A stretch of 39,405 bases of DNA. Origin: Spirochaetaceae bacterium. GTDB lineage: Bacteria; Spirochaetota; Spirochaetia; Treponematales; Breznakiellaceae. Numbering within the stretch: position 1 is the first letter of the stretch; each line of letters opens with the position of its first letter. Under the pieces are notes generated by a model. That model was not told where the DNA came from. It saw nothing but the letters and a program-made list of their open reading frames with translations, and ran no database searches. Below, piece by piece: positions 24,435 to 33,519 of this stretch. Made by a program: the position numbers and the translations under genes. Location: NCBI GenBank assembly GCA_031257135.1, contig JAIRPH010000161.1, positions 1-39,405 of the forward strand, written 5' to 3'.

Positions 24435-26594
24435 TTAATCCACCTTGAACTTGGAGATTTCATCGACCAGCATATCAATATGCTGTTTATTTTCGTCGCT
24501 GATGGAACTGACTCGACTTACGGCAGAGTTAATATCGGTTGCGCTATTTTCTATTTTATACATTCCTCCGGTAATCTGCTGGGTAATCGCTTCAAGGGTT
24601 TTGCTTTCCTCCAGAATCAGGCGGCTTCCGTTACGCATAGTTGTAGAATCGCGTTTGATAACGTGCGTTATATCGTTTAGTTTGCCGAGATACTCAAGGA
24701 TTTTCTGACTTCCCAGGGTTTGCTCTTCCATAGCCCTCCGAACTTGTTCTTCCTGTTCGGATACGATAGTTACGTTTTGGTCGATTATCTCAAACCGCTC
24801 GATTACCGCCGCGGTGGACTGGCTTATGTGGATTCTTGATTCTTTCATCTGTTTTAACACGCTGGCTATGGTCTTTGAGTGAGCCGCGGAGGACTCGGCA
24901 AGTTTTCTAATCTCGTCGGCGACCACTGCAAAGCCTTTGCCCGCTTCGCCGGCGTGAGCCGCTTCAATAGCGGCGTTCATGGACAGGAGATTCGTCTTGC
25001 TGGCGATGTTCGCCATGACCGAAGTTATCTCAATAAGCCCTTCAGATTCCTTAGCAATCGACTGAATATCCGCGGATACCGCTTGGAGGCTGGTACGTCC
25101 CACGGCCGCGGCTTGGGTGAGTTTCTCTACGTTCTCGGTATTTTTCACCAACGTCTGAGTCACTGAGGCGATATTGGCGAGCATCGCCTCAATCGCCGAG
25201 GAAGACTGGCTGATGTTCTGAGACTGGATTTCAATGTGTTCGTTTAACTCTTCGATGCCTTCGATAATTTGGCGCATAGTATTATTAGTCTGAGTCACGC
25301 TTTCCGACTGACTGCCGGTTTGGTTAGTAATGTCCCGGATATGCGCGGCAATTTGGGTAATAGCTTCCGCGGTTTTATCCATGTTGGAGGATAGCTCGTC
25401 GCCGGTAATGGACAGGTCTTGGGACTGTTTTTTAATCGTTATCACCAGATTTTTGATTTTATCCAGAGTATCGTTAAAATACAAAACCACGTCTCCGATT
25501 TCGTCATGGGCAAGCGCGGTGAGCCGCCGGGTAAGGTCTCCTTCTCCTTCGGATATATCTTTCATCATAGTTCCGATTCTGACAATCCGATACGCGAGCC
25601 GCTTGGACATAAAAAAAATAACTACCGTGCTGACAACCCCCGCGGCAAGCAGAAACAACACCGCAAACCTGATGAGAATATAAATAGGCGCCAATACTTC
25701 CGCCATAGGCGCTAAAATCATCACTGTCCATGCAATAGTACCGTTTCCCACCGTAAAAGGATAGCTCACGAGAAGATGATTGTCGTTTTCAACCATCACC
25801 AACTGCTGAGTATTGAGAGAATCCATGACGCCGTTTACCCCGTCCTGTCCAAGCTCTTCCAGCGAGGTTTCCTGCACTTTGGTTCCCCGCTTGCCCGCAG
25901 GATGCGCCGCTATGGTGCCGTCATTGGCGTAGACCGCCGCGTATCCCGTGTTGTAGGGCTTGATGTTTTCCACAATAGGCTGAAGACCGGCAATATCTAT
26001 TTCAATGCCCACCACGCCTACAATGCCGGCTTGTCCCGCGATAGGAACGCGAACCGTGATGACGTACGCGCTCTGCCCGTTGATCACCGTCGGCACGGGA
26101 TTGGAAATATAATCTTCTTGGGAAAGGGTGTTCAGCACTTCGGGATAGTTTCTATAGGGCTTTAGGATTATCCTCCCGCCGTCCTGCACGTAGTGCGGGA
26201 TAAACTGACCGGTTTCGTTTGCGCCCGCGGAGCCGATATATTCGGCGTCTGCATTATCCAGAGCGTTAGGCTTCCATACGCTATAAATCCCCACGAAATT
26301 AACATTAGCCTCCAAAACGCCCCGCATGGTTTCGTTATACCGAAGCCGGCGGAGCGGCGTATCTACCGACTCATAGCCGCTCATGATCTGGGCTAAGGTT
26401 CTAGCTACGTCCATATAGGTCTGATATCGGGAACGGATGTCTTTCGCCATAGAAGCGCCGAGGTTCTTCATATTTTCTTCGGCCGCTTCCTGCTGGAGAT
26501 TCCCTGCCCGCCACAATATCACTACCGATATAACCGCAATAAGCATTATCGTGATGCTTGCATTAGTAAAAGTAAGCTTAATGTTTAAATTCAT
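24435..26594 (-). CDS. methyl-accepting chemotaxis protein (TM - dCache-type sensor - TM - HAMP - MA signalling domain)
   Basis: 719 aa. Two TM segments flank a roughly 270-aa periplasmic domain. Conserved hairpin [33 protein letters not shown]. Confidence 0.93.
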   Translation of the reverse strand: MNLNIKLTFTNASITIMLIAVISVVILWRAGNLQQEAAEENMKNLGASMAKDIRSRYQTYMDVARTLAQIMSGYESVDTPLRRLRYNETMRGVLEANVNFVGIYSVWKPNALDNADAEYIGSAGANETGQFIPHYVQDGGRIILKPYRNYPEVLNTLSQEDYISNPVPTVINGQSAYVITVRVPIAGQAGIVGVVGIEIDIAGLQPIVENIKPYNTGYAAVYANDGTIAAHPAGKRGTKVQETSLEELGQDGVNGVMDSLNTQQLVMVENDNHLLVSYPFTVGNGTIAWTVMILAPMAEVLAPIYILIRFAVLFLLAAGVVSTVVIFFMSKRLAYRIVRIGTMMKDISEGEGDLTRRLTALAHDEIGDVVLYFNDTLDKIKNLVITIKKQSQDLSITGDELSSNMDKTAEAITQIAAHIRDITNQTGSQSESVTQTNNTMRQIIEGIEELNEHIEIQSQNISQSSSAIEAMLANIASVTQTLVKNTENVEKLTQAAAVGRTSLQAVSADIQSIAKESEGLIEITSVMANIASKTNLLSMNAAIEAAHAGEAGKGFAVVADEIRKLAESSAAHSKTIASVLKQMKESRIHISQSTAAVIERFEIIDQNVTIVSEQEEQVRRAMEEQTLGSQKILEYLGKLNDITHVIKRDSTTMRNGSRLILEESKTLEAITQQITGGMYKIENSATDINSAVSRVSSISDENKQHIDMLVDEISKFKVD

Positions 26595-26603
26595 GGTAGA
26601 GTA

Positions 26604-26631
26604 ATTATATCACATTCCTATACCCTGACAA
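26604..26631 (-). promoter_or_regulatory. sigma-70-like promoter of the MCP gene, TTGTCA-16-TATAAT, 9 nt before the ATG
   Basis: Minus strand: TTGTCA at 26631-26626, TATAAT at 26609-26604, ATG at 26594. Leader of at most 2-3 nt. Confidence 0.45.
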
Positions 26632-26637
26632 TAGAAA

Positions 26638-28353
26638 TTATTCCATATATATTTGAGCGTATTGTCTGAGCCGGGGATTGTTCGGGTCAAAGGAAAAAGC
26701 CTGTTTGTAATAATACGCCGCCCGGCGGTCTTCCCCTCGGCGGCGATAGACTTCCACCATCCCCAGAAGGGCGTCAAAATTCCGAGGGTCTTCAAAAAGG
26801 CACGTCCGCAGGTCTTGCAAGACGCCTTCTTCGTCCCGCTGAAGCCGGCTCCGCAGATAATAATACTGAGCTTTCAGGACGCCTCCGTTCAGCGAAGCTA
26901 ACCGGCTCTCGATAAGGGTTCCAGCCTCCCCGGATTGACCGAGATCAATAAGCGCGGAAATATAAGCGACCGTAGCCTCGTCGTTGGAAGGCTCTCGTTC
27001 ATGGAGTTCCTTAGCGTATCCAAGCGCGCCGGTCTTATTCCCAAGTCCCCGCTCGACCGTATATGCCCGCAGGAGACTCTGAGACGGAAGCCCTTCGTTC
27101 AGCAATCGGGGCAGATACGACTTAGCCTCAGCCCACGCTTCCCGGCGAACCGCGTCCTGAAAGGCGATCTCGATAACTGAAAGGGGCGGCGCAGGGGCTT
27201 GGATCAGTCGCCGGAGCAATTCCCGCCCTTCCTGCTGATCCTCGGCTTGGCTGGATTCCAGCAAAAGTCCGGCGGCGTACACCGCGATTTCATCATCTAT
27301 CCGGGGACGGTTGAGCATAGACCGCAAGTAGTTCAGCGCGGCTCCGAAGTTATGGTAGCCCTCAGCCTGAATCCGGGCGCGGAGAAAAAGATACAGCGTA
27401 TTGGCGGTGTCAGACACCGCATACTGATCCAAAAACGTAACGGCTCTGAGAAACTGCTTCCGCTCAACCAGCGTATGAGCCATCATGAGTATAAACTCGC
27501 TGTCCCGGCTGTTCCGCTGAAGCGATTCCTGAATCGCCGGTTCCGCCTGAGACCATGCTTTATTGCGGTAATACGCAAGGGCAAGCTCCCGTTTGACGGT
27601 CATATTATCGGGAAACTGGACAACCAAATCTTGGAGAATCCATAAGGCTTCCTGTTTTTGTCCGGCTTCGTTCATAAGCCGAACCAACCCTAAAGCCGCG
27701 GGATAACATTCTGAAGATACCGTATATGCCCGCCGATACGCGGAAATAGCTTCCGAAAACCGGTTCATCCGTTCATAGACCAGCCCCATAAAATACAACG
27801 CCAAAACAGACCGAGGATTCAGCTCCTGCGCCCGCTCAAGAAAAGGCAGGGTATTTAAAAGCTTCTGCTGGTCGGCGCTCTCCAATAACGCCAAAAAAGG
27901 AAGAGTATATTCCAAATAATCTTGCGAATTCGCCTGCGGCTCCAGATATATTCCCGCCGCGATTCCTCTCAGAATCCTTGTATAGGGAGAAGTTTGAGGC
28001 AGATCGGACAGTGAAACCGAAAGCCGTAAGCCCGGATTAGGGTATAGTTTCTGGATCAGTGTAGAGATAACCGCGTTCATAACCCGTCCGAAATCATTTG
28101 ATCCAAGCCCTCGGTCGCGGATCAGGGATAAGCCGTTTTGCAGGGACGAAGGGATTCCCAATTCCGCGGCTGACCGGATTTCATCGACAATACCGCCCTC
28201 AGAAGGACGAACCGATACCGGCTCCGCGCTCGGACGCCATTCCGCCGCAGGAAGAGGCGTTTCTTGAATCGCCGCGCCTGTCCCGCAGGAAGCCTCCCAC
28301 AGCGCAAGAACAGCAATTATATAAAAAAAACCGATTTTTTTTGAATAGTTCAT
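26638..28353 (-). CDS. TPR-repeat lipoprotein
   Basis: 571 aa. Signal plus Cys (IIAVLALWEASCG). Multiple TPR-like helical pairs. Confidence 0.8.
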   Translation of the reverse strand: MNYSKKIGFFYIIAVLALWEASCGTGAAIQETPLPAAEWRPSAEPVSVRPSEGGIVDEIRSAAELGIPSSLQNGLSLIRDRGLGSNDFGRVMNAVISTLIQKLYPNPGLRLSVSLSDLPQTSPYTRILRGIAAGIYLEPQANSQDYLEYTLPFLALLESADQQKLLNTLPFLERAQELNPRSVLALYFMGLVYERMNRFSEAISAYRRAYTVSSECYPAALGLVRLMNEAGQKQEALWILQDLVVQFPDNMTVKRELALAYYRNKAWSQAEPAIQESLQRNSRDSEFILMMAHTLVERKQFLRAVTFLDQYAVSDTANTLYLFLRARIQAEGYHNFGAALNYLRSMLNRPRIDDEIAVYAAGLLLESSQAEDQQEGRELLRRLIQAPAPPLSVIEIAFQDAVRREAWAEAKSYLPRLLNEGLPSQSLLRAYTVERGLGNKTGALGYAKELHEREPSNDEATVAYISALIDLGQSGEAGTLIESRLASLNGGVLKAQYYYLRSRLQRDEEGVLQDLRTCLFEDPRNFDALLGMVEVYRRRGEDRRAAYYYKQAFSFDPNNPRLRQYAQIYME

Positions 28354-28367
28354 AAGTCCTTAGTATA

Positions 28368-28934
28368 CTAGCTTTCTTTATTTTGAGAAGTATCCTCAAC
28401 CGGAGGCTTTGAACCAAGAGAAATAAGAACCAGCAGAAGCCCGGTCAAAACCACCAGCAGAGGCCACCATTGCATCATAAAGTGAGCAAACGAAAAGGGT
28501 ACCATATTGAAAGAAAAAATGAGAAGTACCGAACCAAGTATGATAAACGCAATCCCCGGAACCACATAGCGGCTTCGGAACGCGCCATACCGATGCCAGC
28601 CTGCGGGAATAAGAGCAAACCCGGAAAAAACTGAAATAAGGGGCCAAGCCTGAGAAAAGGATACAGGGATAATTTTCAGAGCCGACAGAAAAAGAAAAAA
28701 TCCCAATAGCATAAAAAAGCCCGCAAAAAACAGATACAGCGACCGTTTGTTGAGTTTTATCGCCAATACCGCGCATCCTGAACCGAGAATCACAAAAAAG
28801 AACGCCCGCAGTACAGAAATCCAGGAAGCTCCTGTAATCGTTCCCAACAGAAACGCGCTCCCCAAAAACATGAGTAGCAGACCGATAATAAAAATACACC
28901 GCGCAATAAGCCGCCGAGTCAAGGGAGAAAACAT
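28368..28934 (-). CDS. integral membrane protein, about 6 TM helices, unknown function
   Basis: 188 aa, almost entirely hydrophobic helices. Preferred over the overlapping same-strand ORF 28396-28956, which has low-complexity, non-membrane-like composition. Confidence 0.65.
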   Translation of the reverse strand: MFSPLTRRLIARCIFIIGLLLMFLGSAFLLGTITGASWISVLRAFFFVILGSGCAVLAIKLNKRSLYLFFAGFFMLLGFFLFLSALKIIPVSFSQAWPLISVFSGFALIPAGWHRYGAFRSRYVVPGIAFIILGSVLLIFSFNMVPFSFAHFMMQWWPLLVVLTGLLLVLISLGSKPPVEDTSQNKES

Positions 28935-28940
28935 AGGTAC

Positions 28941-28969
28941 AGCATACCAAAATCACTCGATAAAAACAA
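28941..28969 (-). promoter_or_regulatory. sigma-70-like promoter TTGTTT-17-TATGCT, 6 nt before ATG 28934 (leaderless geometry)
   Basis: Minus strand: TTGTTT at 28969-28964, TATGCT at 28946-28941. Confidence 0.35.
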
Positions 28970-28990
28970 GAGCATACGCCGCCGCACGCC

Positions 28991-29020
28991 GGGTGTCAGA
29001 CACTAGACGAGGTGTCAGAC
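28991..29020 (+). repeat. two copies of GGTGTCAGACA 19 bp apart; the first is an 11-bp perfect palindrome (GTGTCAGACAC). Reverse-complement relative of the TGACTGACACC motif
   Basis: Copies at 28991-29001 and 29010-29020, in the divergent intergenic region between the membrane-protein gene and the nitrogenase-like operon. Confidence 0.75.
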
Positions 29021-29102
29021 ATAAGTTCTCGCAAGTCGAAACGCCGGCTTATATTCCTCTTCGCGCCAAATACGTTGAAAACGGGAAAACGCTGGTATCC
29101 TC

Positions 29103-29131
29103 TTGACATTTTTGAGATTATATCCTACTTT
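29103..29131 (+). promoter_or_regulatory. sigma-70-like promoter of the nitrogenase-like/met operon, TTGACA-17-TACTTT
   Basis: TTGACA 29103-29108, TACTTT 29126-29131, AGGAG 29153-29157. Confidence 0.45.
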
Positions 29132-29163
29132 TTCTATGTGTTTAATATAAATAGGAGATGTGT

Positions 29164-30636
29164 ATGACTGACATCAATCTACGCGCTCAGGCGGCTCCGG
29201 TGCGGGAACGGCGGCTTGGCTCAATCACCGGCTATGCGGGTACCGCCGGAGATCTGGTGGGGTGCGCCAGACGAGGGACCTTAAAGGAAAAGAACCGATC
29301 CTTCAGCCAGTGCCTGGGTTGCTCCACCTCCAATGCGGCTTGTACGGTGATCCTAATCCAGGATGCGGCAGTAGTGAGCCACGGTCCGGTGGGGTGCGCG
29401 GGGTGCCTCCACGAATTCGCCTTTACCTACCGAGTCAACGGCGTTCACCGGAACCTGAAGGAACCGACCCCCCGGCGGATATTCAGCAGTAACATGGGGG
29501 AAGCCGACACGGTGTACGGCGGCAAGAAGAAACTGACGGAAGCCGTCCGGGAAGCCGCCCGGCGGGCAACGCCAAAGGTCATTTTTATCATCACCACCTG
29601 CGCGTCAGGGATCATCGGGGAAGATGTGGAACGCGTTGCCGAAGAAGCCGAGGAAGAGCTGGGCATCCCCGTGGCGGCGATCTTCTGCGAAGGCTTCCGT
29701 TCTCGGATATGGACATCCGGCTTTGACGCGGGCTATCACGGCATCGCCCGGAAGCTCATCAAAAAGCCGGAGAAAAAGCAGGAAGACCTTATCAATATCA
29801 TAAACTTCTGGGGAGCCGACCTCTTTGGGCAGTGGTTCAGCCGTCTGGGACTTCGGGCGAACTACCTGACCCCCTACGCCACGGTCGCCCAGATCGCCTC
29901 GTCTTCGGAAGCCGCGGCGACTATCCAGATTTGCGCCACTCTGGGTTCCTACATGGGGGCGGCGTTGGAACAGGGCTTCGGCGTGCCGGAGATCAAGGTG
30001 AGTCCTCCCTACGGCATCCCCCAGACCGAGCGTTGGTTCCGGGAACTGGGACGCGTTACTCATCGGGAGGAGGCGGTGGAGGACTTTCTGCGGGAGGAGC
30101 GGGAAATATGGACGCCCGAAATCGAAGCCCTGCGGGAGAAGCTCCGGGGTAAGACCGCCTACGTTACCGCCGGGGCGTCCCACGGGCATTCCCTGCTGGC
30201 TGTCCTCCGTGAGTTGGGTATGGAAGTCCAGGGGGCGGCGATCTTCCATCACGATCCCCTCTACGATAACGGGGCGGTGAGCGCGGACACCCTGCAAAAC
30301 GTGGTCAGCGATTACGGAGACGTTTCCCGCTACAATGTCTGCAACAAGCAGGAATTCGAGCTGGTGAATATCCTGAACCGGACGCGTCCCAACATTCTCC
30401 TTGCCCGGCACGGGGGCATGACCCTCTGGGGCGCGAAATTCGGCATACCCTCCCTCCTTATCGGGGATGAGCATTTCGGCATGGGCTATCAGGGACTGGT
30501 TCAATACGGTAAGCGCATCCTTGATACCCTGGAAAACGACGAGTTTGTGAAGAATCTGGAAAAGCACGCCATCAACCCCTACACCGCATGGTGGCTTGAA
30601 CAGGACCCCTACACCTTTTTAGGAGACGGGCAATGA
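29164..30636 (+). CDS. nitrogenase component-1-type oxidoreductase, alpha (NifD/NifE-like) subunit; nitrogenase-like (Nfl/Mar-type) enzyme
   Basis: By-eye alignment to NifD: LGC (Cys62 equivalent), SHGPVGCAGC (Cys88 equivalent), ITTCASGIIGEDV (Cys154 equivalent), IFCEGFRS. Start set to ATG 29164, 6 nt after AGGAG; the track starts at 29158. Confidence 0.88.
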   Translation: MTDINLRAQAAPVRERRLGSITGYAGTAGDLVGCARRGTLKEKNRSFSQCLGCSTSNAACTVILIQDAAVVSHGPVGCAGCLHEFAFTYRVNGVHRNLKEPTPRRIFSSNMGEADTVYGGKKKLTEAVREAARRATPKVIFIITTCASGIIGEDVERVAEEAEEELGIPVAAIFCEGFRSRIWTSGFDAGYHGIARKLIKKPEKKQEDLINIINFWGADLFGQWFSRLGLRANYLTPYATVAQIASSSEAAATIQICATLGSYMGAALEQGFGVPEIKVSPPYGIPQTERWFRELGRVTHREEAVEDFLREEREIWTPEIEALREKLRGKTAYVTAGASHGHSLLAVLRELGMEVQGAAIFHHDPLYDNGAVSADTLQNVVSDYGDVSRYNVCNKQEFELVNILNRTRPNILLARHGGMTLWGAKFGIPSLLIGDEHFGMGYQGLVQYGKRILDTLENDEFVKNLEKHAINPYTAWWLEQDPYTFLGDGQ

Positions 30637-31967
30637 CCGGTCCTCTTGAGCAACAGCGTTATATGTGCGCCATCGGAGCTATGCAGACCGTGGTGGCTAT
30701 TCCCCGGGCAATCCCGATCCTCCATTCTGGACCCGGTTGCGGCGCCATGGTGGCGGGCTTCTTCGAGCGTTCCCGAGGCTATTCCGGGGGTTATACCGCG
30801 CCGTGTACCAACTTCTCCGAAACCGAGGTGATCTTTGGGGGAATTAAAAAGCTGGAGACCCTGATCCGTCATTCCTACCGCGTTCTCGACAGCGATTTGC
30901 AGGTGATCCTACCGGGCTGTACCTCCGCGATTGTGGGGGACGACATCGGCGAAGCGGCCCGACGCTTTGCCGCGGATGGAAAGCCTATCGTCTTTGCCAA
31001 TGCGCCGGGCTTCAAGTTCTCGAACTATGAGGCTCACAGCGTGATTGTGAACGCCATTATCGATCAGTACACGGATAGGTTCGCGGAACGCGGAGCGCCA
31101 ACGGACGCGAAACTGGTGAACCTCTTTGCCTCGGTGCCTTATCAGGATCAGTTTTGGAAGGGGAATCTGGAAGAACTCAAATATCTCATCGAGGGTATCG
31201 GACTCAAGGCGAACATCTTCTTTGGTCCCCGTTCCACCGGGGTAGGAGAATGGCGCGCTATTCCCCGGGCGAATTTCAACATTCTGGTATCGCCCTGGTT
31301 CGGCTTGGAGATCGTGGAACACCTGCGGGAAAAATACGGACAGGATTACTATCAGTTCCCGCATCTGCCCATCGGGGGCAATGGGAGCGCGGAATTCCTG
31401 CGGGGACTCTATGCCTTTGCCAACGAAAAGCAGGCGGGACTTGATGTGACGGCGGCGGAGCGGTTCATTACGGCGGAGGAACAGGCGTTCTACGAGGAGA
31501 TCGACAATCTTGCTACCTTCCTACTGGAATTCCGCTACGGACTCCCGTCTTTTGTTCATATCCTCCACGACGCCAGCTACGTTCTGGGCATGGCGAAATT
31601 CCTACTCCACGAAACAGGGATCGCTCCTAAAGAGCAGTTCATCACCGATAACACCCCGGCGGCGTATCAGCAGGAGATCCGCCGTCTTGCCGCACGAATC
31701 TCGGACAAAAAGGAGATACCCGTCTATTTCGAGAGCGATGCAGGGCTTGCCCAGGAACGGATCGCCGCCCTGAACCGCGAGGGACGAGGACTTATCATCG
31801 GGTCAGGCTGGGACAAAGCGCTTGCGGAACGCAAGGGCTGGGACTTCCTTTCGGCGGCGTTGCCTTCACCCTACCGGCTTGCCATGACCGCCGGATACGC
31901 CGGATACCGGGGAGGCTTACGGCTCATCGAAGATATTTATAACACGGCATTGATGACGTACCGGTGA
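30633..31967 (+). CDS. nitrogenase component-1-type oxidoreductase, beta (NifK/NifN-like) subunit
   Basis: 444 aa. MCAIGA, HSGPGCGA and LPGCTSAIVGDDI match the three NifK P-cluster Cys contexts. The start overlaps the alpha stop (ATGA). Confidence 0.88.
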   Translation: MTGPLEQQRYMCAIGAMQTVVAIPRAIPILHSGPGCGAMVAGFFERSRGYSGGYTAPCTNFSETEVIFGGIKKLETLIRHSYRVLDSDLQVILPGCTSAIVGDDIGEAARRFAADGKPIVFANAPGFKFSNYEAHSVIVNAIIDQYTDRFAERGAPTDAKLVNLFASVPYQDQFWKGNLEELKYLIEGIGLKANIFFGPRSTGVGEWRAIPRANFNILVSPWFGLEIVEHLREKYGQDYYQFPHLPIGGNGSAEFLRGLYAFANEKQAGLDVTAAERFITAEEQAFYEEIDNLATFLLEFRYGLPSFVHILHDASYVLGMAKFLLHETGIAPKEQFITDNTPAAYQQEIRRLAARISDKKEIPVYFESDAGLAQERIAALNREGRGLIIGSGWDKALAERKGWDFLSAALPSPYRLAMTAGYAGYRGGLRLIEDIYNTALMTYR

Positions 31968-31973
31968 GGCGGC

Positions 31974-32762
31974 ATGAACAGCGCGTTTATACAGATACGA
32001 AGGCTTTACAAAAGTTTTCAGGGCAGAGGGCGGATTTTCGCCGTCCTCAAAGGGATCGATCTTATGGTTCAGCGAGGGGACATCTTCGGGATTATTGGGT
32101 TCAGCGGGGCGGGCAAGTCAACGCTGATACGATGCATCAACCGTCTGGAAACGCCCGATTCAGGCAGTATTACCGTTGACGGACAGGAGGTCATGGACCT
32201 CCGCCCGGAAGAGCTGGGAGACTATCGGCGCAAGATCGGGGTTATCTTTCAGCACTTCAATCTGCTGGATTCCCGCACAGTGGCGGGGAACGTGGCATTT
32301 CCTCTGGAGATCGCCGGCGGCGGACGAGCCGCCATTGCCCGGCGGGTAGGAGAGATTCTGGAACTGGTGGGACTGGGAGACAAGCGGGACTTCTACCCCG
32401 GACAACTTTCGGGAGGACAGAAACAACGGGTGGGAATCGCCCGGGCCCTGGCGAACAACCCGGCGATCCTCCTCTCCGATGAGGCAAAGTCGGCGTTAGA
32501 CCCCCTCACGTCCTTATCGATTCTGGATCTTCTCATTGATATCAACCGGAAGCTGGGGCTGACCATCCTGCTTATCACCCACGAGCTGGATGTGATCCGG
32601 TACGCCTGCGACAGAGTGGCAGTTCTGGAAGACGGAGTAATAGCCGAATCGGGAAGCGTGAAACGCGTGTTTTTGAACCCGGTAAGCGAAACGGCAAAAC
32701 TCTTTATGAAGATAAACCGGGATTTTTCCAGCCGGGAATGGCGGGACGGAGGCGGTATATGA
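31974..32762 (+). CDS. metN: methionine-type ABC importer ATP-binding protein (short form, no C-terminal NIL domain)
   Basis: 262 aa. Walker [10 protein letters not shown], signature [15 protein letters not shown], Walker B ILLSDEA, H-loop ITHEL. Confidence 0.88.
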   Translation: MNSAFIQIRRLYKSFQGRGRIFAVLKGIDLMVQRGDIFGIIGFSGAGKSTLIRCINRLETPDSGSITVDGQEVMDLRPEELGDYRRKIGVIFQHFNLLDSRTVAGNVAFPLEIAGGGRAAIARRVGEILELVGLGDKRDFYPGQLSGGQKQRVGIARALANNPAILLSDEAKSALDPLTSLSILDLLIDINRKLGLTILLITHELDVIRYACDRVAVLEDGVIAESGSVKRVFLNPVSETAKLFMKINRDFSSREWRDGGGI

Positions 32763-33472
32763 ACGCCGCGGGTTTGGCGAAACTGGCGGGGACGATACAG
32801 AGCGCATTCAGCGCGGCAACATGGGATATGGTCTGGTCTTCTATTGGGCAGACCCTGTATATGACCGCGCTTACCACAATTCTGACGGGGATCTGCGGAC
32901 TTATTCTGGGGGTGTCCCTGCTGATAACCGACCGGGACGGGCTTTGCCCCATGCCGGTATTCAACGCGGTAGCCGGAGGAATCGTAAACGCCCTCCGTTC
33001 CATGCCGTCGGTGATCATCATCATTCTGACCCTGCCCTTATCGCGGCTCATCATCGGCGTTTCCTACGGACCCAGGGCTTGTATCATCGCCTTGGCAGTT
33101 ACCTGCATCCCCATGTTCGCCCGGCTGGTGGAAAGCAGTATCCTGGAGGTTCCCAAAGGCAAGGCGGAAGCGGCGGCGGCCATGGGCGCGAAGAAACGGG
33201 ACATTGTGTTCAAGGTGCTACTCCCTGAAGCCCTGCCTAACCTGATACGAAGCTTTACCATCGCGGTGATCGCTATCATTTCCACCACAGCCTTGGCGGG
33301 TTCTTTCGGCGCAGGCGGTCTGGGGGATGTGGCGGTGCGGTACGGGTACAACCGATTCAGGGGAGATGTTCTCATCGCGGCGGCGCTGGCGCTGATCATC
33401 ATGGTAAACCTGGTACAGTTCGCCGGCGCGGGCGCATCCAAAGCCATCCTGAAACGGCGACATTTACTATAG
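32759..33472 (+). CDS. metI: methionine ABC transporter permease
   Basis: 5 TM segments, EAA-like loop [24 protein letters not shown]. Start set to ATG 32759, overlapping the metN stop (ATGA). Confidence 0.88.
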   Translation: MNAAGLAKLAGTIQSAFSAATWDMVWSSIGQTLYMTALTTILTGICGLILGVSLLITDRDGLCPMPVFNAVAGGIVNALRSMPSVIIIILTLPLSRLIIGVSYGPRACIIALAVTCIPMFARLVESSILEVPKGKAEAAAAMGAKKRDIVFKVLLPEALPNLIRSFTIAVIAIISTTALAGSFGAGGLGDVAVRYGYNRFRGDVLIAAALALIIMVNLVQFAGAGASKAILKRRHLL

Positions 33473-33519
33473 GAAACAAGCCCGCCATAGCGCGGACTTA
33501 TTATAACGAAGGAGTTTTT

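Noticed and set aside
28396-28956. 186-aa same-strand ORF overlapping the membrane-protein gene
   Set aside because: The competing frame 28368-28934 gives regular TM helices and sits 6 nt behind a -10 element. This frame would start inside that promoter and encodes Cys/Phe/Ser-rich low-complexity sequence.
29093-29107. Possible sigma-54 (-24/-12) promoter TGGTATCCTCTTGAC upstream of the nitrogenase-like operon. I also looked for -24/-12 elements in front of the three hemerythrin genes as targets of the adjacent NtrC-type activator.
   Set aside because: The spacing is wrong (GG-N10 is followed by AC, not GC) and the -12 TTGC is absent. The same bases fit a sigma-70 TTGACA -35 box better. No TGGCAC-N5-TTGC-like site was seen in the other intergenic regions I read, so the activator's target is probably outside the window. 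This was a manual scan and not exhaustive.
28957-29163. SAM (S-box) riboswitch or T-box leader in front of the methionine-related operon
   Set aside because: The predicted leader is only about 25-30 nt from the -10 to the start codon. The upstream 200 nt shows none of the conserved S-box helices that I can recognise.
29605-30567. 320-aa ORF antisense to the nitrogenase-like alpha gene
   Set aside because: It lies wholly inside a CDS with clear family motifs. Its Arg/Pro/Gly-rich, low-complexity translation is typical of antisense frames in GC-rich coding DNA. It has no RBS or promoter context.
29164-31967. Genuine nitrogen-fixation (nif) locus
   Set aside because: There are no nifH, nifE/N, nifB or other nif accessory genes. 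The pair is embedded in a methionine/sulfur operon, so it is called nitrogenase-like rather than nitrogenase.
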